Source: Lama guanicoe
Taxonomy: Eukaryota
NCBI GenBank assembly: GCA_013239625.1
Contig: MU057344.1
Coordinates: 1,118,276 to 1,182,275, forward strand
Length of the DNA stretch: 64,000 bases
Reading direction: 5' to 3'
The notes under the pieces are model-generated. The model had not been told where the DNA came from. It saw nothing but the letters and a program-made list of their open reading frames with translations, and ran no database searches. Made by a program: the position numbers and the translations under genes. Each line of letters opens with the position of its first letter. The first letter of the stretch is position 1. This document shows, in pieces, positions 59,501 through 64,000 of the stretch.

Positions 59501-60954
59501 CTAAGATAAGAGTCATCTCCTCCCAGGCTGGCTGCAGGACTGAGAAGTCACTTGGTCCTGGGCACAGTCAGGGTCCCACACTGAACTGGGGTGTGGGGTG
59601 GGAGGGGAGCAGCGGCCTGCATTTGCCTGAGGCGGGGTATGGTCACAATCCCAAAGGGAGTGTGGCCCCAAACCCCACCCACCACCCACCGGCTCCCAGA
59701 CGCTGAGGTGGAGGCCGAAGACCACCCAGGAGGGACCAGGACCGAGGGCTGGGGTTTGCTGCCCCCTGGTGTCATGCGGCAGGTCCGCGGGGCAGGAAGC
59801 CTGGCCCGGCCACCTGGCAGCTCCTGGGAAGAGAAGCTCTGAGGCCTTCCCCGGGCAGAGGTGGAGGAGGAGGGTCCCTCGGGCGGGCGGGGCACAGTGG
59901 GGACTGATAACCAGGGAACACCTGGGCCTGGGGGGAACTTCAGGCAAGTTCTGGGGAAGAGGGTGGGGAGATGCTGAGAGCCAGACGGGAGCTATCTTCT
60001 GGGGAAGCACCGCCCCATGGAGGAGGGCTAGGGCCCAGCCTCACGGGGATGGGAAGCGAGAGGGCCAGGCAGCGGCCACAGCAGCCTGCGGCCGCCTTGT
60101 TAATGTGGCTGCTGCTTCTGTGCCTGGGGCAGCTCCAGCTCCTGGGGTCATGAGCCGCCCCCCCCACTTCACACTCAGCATGATGTCACTCCTCTGTGGG
60201 AGGGAACAGCCCCAACAGCCATCCCTCAGCTCCATCCCCTGGTATGCAGCAGGTGCTTAATAAATGTGGGCTAACCTGAGCATGGCTTCTGAGGCCTGAG
60301 GAGCCTGGACTCAGGGTAAGGCCCCGCTGGCTCAGGGCCCTCCCGGCTTCCCCATGGCGGGGGGCAGGTAGAGGCCCTCAGCCATGCAGTGACCACCGCG
60401 TGCCTGGGCAGATGCCCCCTCGTCTTCTGGCCAGGCTGATCTCAGGGCCTTTGCCGAGGGGCAGGGCTGGGGCTGTGGACATGGCCCTCTGCTTCCGGTC
60501 GCATGGGCTGTTGGTCAGCATGGCTGGCTGGCAAATCCAGGGAGCTGATTTGTCACCTGCAGTCTTGAGGGGGGTCTCTCTGACAAGATAGCTTCTTTGG
60601 GGACAATTGAGGGCTTGTGCCGAGGGCCTTCGGTGGGACATGGGAGTGCAGACGTGGGGACGGTTACCGAGTGAGGGGCAGCAGCCAGCAACCGGCCCAG
60701 GTGTCCCCGCCTCTCTAGCCTGCGATGAGCGTCAGGTGTCCCTTCCCATTTGGGAGGCAGGGTGGGGACCCAGGCCTGCCCCATGAATGCTGCTCGCAGG
60801 GGCCAGAGTACATGAGTGAGAGGGTGGGGCCTCTCATCACACCGACATCTCCTTCGTTCTTCCAGGTCTTTTTGTGACAACACATCCTGTGGCCAGGTGG
60901 GTGATGATGATTCAGGGGCAAAACATGATTACGGCTCACACTGAAAGAAAAGAA

Positions 60955-61000
60955 AAGAAACACACAACATTGCAAATCAACTACACTTCCATTAAAAAAT
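60955..61000 (+). mobile_element. Short L1 3'-terminal fragment
   Basis: ACAACATTGCAAATCAACTACACTTCCATTAAAAAA resembles the laurasiatherian L1 tail. Confidence 0.55.
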
Positions 61001-64000
61001 GGACACAAAAAAAGGAGCTACGGCTATCCCACACATCCTTCTGCTGAGAGCACTCTTCCCACCCTCCACAGGGCTCTCATCCTTCAGAGCCCTACTTGGC
61101 ACCTGCCACCCAGAAGCGCGCTTTCACCACATGAAGCCACTCCGGCTTGTGGACACAGCTTCCTCACTAGACCACGAGCCCCGGGGGGTGAGGACCCGGC
61201 TGCTTCGCTTCCAGCCCCACTTCCAGCCCAGGGCTCACACGGAGCAGGGGGCGCTGCGGCCAGCCTGCAGGCCGGGGAGAGGAGGGGGAGCCTCCTCCCA
61301 CCCCCAGGACGGGGCTTAGGCGCCGTGGTTCTCATAGTCTGTCTCCAGCTTCAGTGCCCTGCAAACCTCCCTCCTGAGAGGAAAGGAGAAATGTGATCAG
61401 ACTTCCAGAAAGTCTACCGGGAGATGTCTTGACAGGGTGGCCGGGTGCTGCGTGCCACAGTGGGACAGGCAGCCCCCTGGAAGGCACAGACGGGGCTGCG
61501 GGGGACCTCGAGAGGACAGCAGGCTGGTGGAGGCTGGGTGGGGGGAGATCGGCCTCCTCTTAGGGTCTGGGATCCTGACCAGGCACAGCCTCAGTTTCCC
61601 TGTCTGTGCTGGGGGAGGCGTGCGCAGGGCGCCTCTAAACCTGCTGCCCGGCTCCCCCCGGGCCTCAGGGAGTGGGCACCTGCAGGAGCAGCCTGGGGGT
61701 CTCTGAGCACAGTCGGAAGTGGGGAGAGGGGCCCCTGGGTCCCAATGGCCAAGTCACAAGGGGCAGCGGAAGGAGAATGGGCTCTGCCTTTGCCTCCCAG
61801 GTAAGATTGGGTGCGGGAGCCCCACAGAGTCTCAGACAGGCACGGGGCTCCCTAAGGGCTCTCCCTAGTCTTGCCCTGCTCTCTGATCCTGGGGGCCTGG
61901 GGCCAAGGGAGGAGAGGGAACACCCGGCAGGTGACAGCCAGCGACAGGGACACCTGGTGGGTGAGGAGGGGCCCCGCCGCAGCCTCCTCCTCCTGTTTCA
62001 CTTCCTCACAGGTGAATCCTGCGCCCAGAACGGGGCCAGCCTGAAAAGTCGGTGCTGAGGAATGAATGAGTGAATGAATGAGTGCATGATGAGTGAGCGA
62101 GTCAGTGAGTGACGGTGGCTAACAGTGAGCTCTGGAAGTCCGTCTTTTCCTATGCGCGCAGTAGACGCCCAGCACTGACCGTCAGAGTCTGCATCAAGGA
62201 GGCAGGGCAGACAATGAACACACAAGACAACAGGGTCACAGGGCAAGAGGAGGGAGCGGGGGAGTGGCTGTAAGTTCAGCAGTCGGGGAGAGCCTTCTGG
62301 CAGAGGCCATGTTTTAACAGCAGCTGGGCAGACAGCATGCCGGGTACGTGGCCCCTCACCCCCTTTGAGGCCGGACACTCAAATCCAAGACCTTGAGACT
62401 TGATGTTGGGGTGTGGTGGTGGGGCGCATGGGGAGGTCCAAAAGTGCGCCTCCCCATTCAGGCTGAGACTCACGGATGGGTGGTTCCGAGCCCTTGCTGG
62501 GCCTCAGTTTCCCCACCTGCCATGGGCGGGTGGAAGGAATGATCTCTGAGGCTGTCTCAAATGGGGGGTGGGGAAGTTGAGAGTCAGAGACTGGGGGTGG
62601 GTCCCAGGGCCCTCACCAGGTGTAGGGAGGTGGTCTAGCCCTCGGGAACCCTCCGGCCCACCCCCATCTTGAGAAGCATCCTGGGAGCTGGGAGGGCGGG
62701 AGGGCATGGAGTGGAATGGGGCGGGCCCAGCAGCCCAGACCGGGCCCTAGGCCCCTGCTGTGTGCTCCGAGGCTCCTGTGCACTAGCAGGTTTCCAGAGC
62801 ATTCTAGAGCACCCCTCAGCTCATCAGGGCTGAGCAGAGGGTGCACTGGGAGCCCCCAGTGGCCTGCAGGCAGCGGGGAGTGGGTGATGTGTAGATGGCA
62901 GGCCTGGGCTGCTAATCGTCTCCCTGGGGCTCCCAAGCTGCCCTGCCTCAGACCCCTGGCGTCTGTGGGGCTGCGCTGGGTGTCCTGGGGGGTAGGGGCC
63001 AAGGGTTAACTCTGCCTCTGAGCACAGGGACAGTGGTCAGTCCCCGTGCCAATCGCCAAACCTGCATCCCTGTCCTGTTCCTTCCCCAGGGTCCCCTGGG
63101 GATGGAAGTAGGTGGTGACCATGAGGACACGGTTCGACCAGCGTAACTCCTGCCTGATGACATCCAGGCAAACCCGGCTGATCGCAAGTGCCTGCAGCCT
63201 GGGGACTGTGAGCCTCCGGGTGGGTCCCTGCCCCCCTGGTGTCCTGCTCCAGCGTCATGAGAGGTGGTGCTGTTCCGTCCTCCTCCGGCCCAGGGGCCCA
63301 AGAGGGTGGGTATGGTGGCCCCCACCCCCAAGCCGGCCCCTGTCCACCAGCTCTGAGGACAGCAGTGGAGCTGAGAGGCCCGGGCAGGGAGGGCCCCAGA
63401 CTGGGCTTTGGGTCCGAGCGCAGCTTGCTCCTGGGAGCCTCTGGGCAAGGCCTGTCCCTTTCTGAGCCCCTGGCTCCCCTTCAGTGAGACGGAGCCTGAA
63501 TGTTACCCAGCCCCATCCCTCTCCAGGAACAGGTGGGCTGTGGGCACAGTGGGAAGCCCCCTGGGTGATCCAAGATGGCAAAGTACACCCTCCCTTGCCC
63601 CCACAGGGGACTCAGGGTGCCCCCCTAGCGTCCTGTGGTCAGGGAGGAGCCCCCCCCCCGCAGAGCTGTGCTCGGGAGCACGCAGGGGGCAACAACCAGA
63701 GCTGCACCAGGCAGAGGGGCAGACCCGCCTGGGGCACACTGATGGGGGCCGGCCTTCCGTGCAGGGCTGGCCGCCTGCTCCTGCAGAGGCTGAGACCCCA
63801 AGCAGAAGCCGAGCTGGGCGCCTTGTTTGCTCAGTGCTGTAGGGAGGCAGCGGGTGGGTTCTCTGGGTGTGGCAGAGCACAGTGGGGAGAACATGGACTT
63901 TGGGGGGCCGCCCACTTCTCTAGGAGCTGAAATGATCCTGCCGTTGAACGGAAGAGGGACCAGGAGGGTGGGCTCAGTCCCAAAGCTGGGCTGGCTCTGT

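Noticed and set aside
62058-62112. GAAT/GAGT repeat as a novel element
   Set aside because: Typical (TGAA)n tail of ancient L2 elements or a simple repeat.
44200-64000. A further protein-coding gene such as TNFRSF14
   Set aside because: No cysteine-rich TNFR repeats or phase-consistent exon chain were found; by synteny that gene should lie beyond the window end.

Overview
GC-rich mammalian genomic DNA carrying the conserved PLCH2-PANK4-HES5 gene block (syntenic to human 1p36.32). The tRNA-derived SINEs with an AAACCTAGTTACC tail suggest a camelid (inference). PLCH2 lies on the + strand. Its 5' exons are outside the window; 20 core coding exons, an alternative donor and one alternative microexon were traced by hand with continuous reading phase, ending ...LLLRL* at 21867 with AATAAA at 22311. 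PANK4 is on the - strand, convergent with PLCH2; exons 2-19 were traced, while exon 1 and most of exon 16 fall in N gaps. HES5 is on the - strand and complete (3 exons, 163 aa, WRPW end). From 44 kb to the end there is no recognisable coding gene, only old repeats, CpG-rich patches and clustered RBPJ/SOX motifs. The strongest second-look items are: (1) a U12-type intron with rare AT-AA ends in PLCH2; (2) a 59-nt stop-containing cassette exon in PLCH2 that appears to align with a coding exon of the paralog PLCH1 and has RBFOX motifs downstream; (3) a tandem TAG/TAG acceptor that switches a microexon between a VRN-stop and an in-frame form; (4) two cryptic paired (SPS-like) RBPJ sites upstream of HES5, one overlapping a perfect NF-kB site; (5) a SINE that appears to have carried an old L1 fragment inside one target-site duplication; (6) four ZNF143/THAP11-type motifs at the PANK4 promoter. 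Comparisons to human proteins are from memory and no searches were run.
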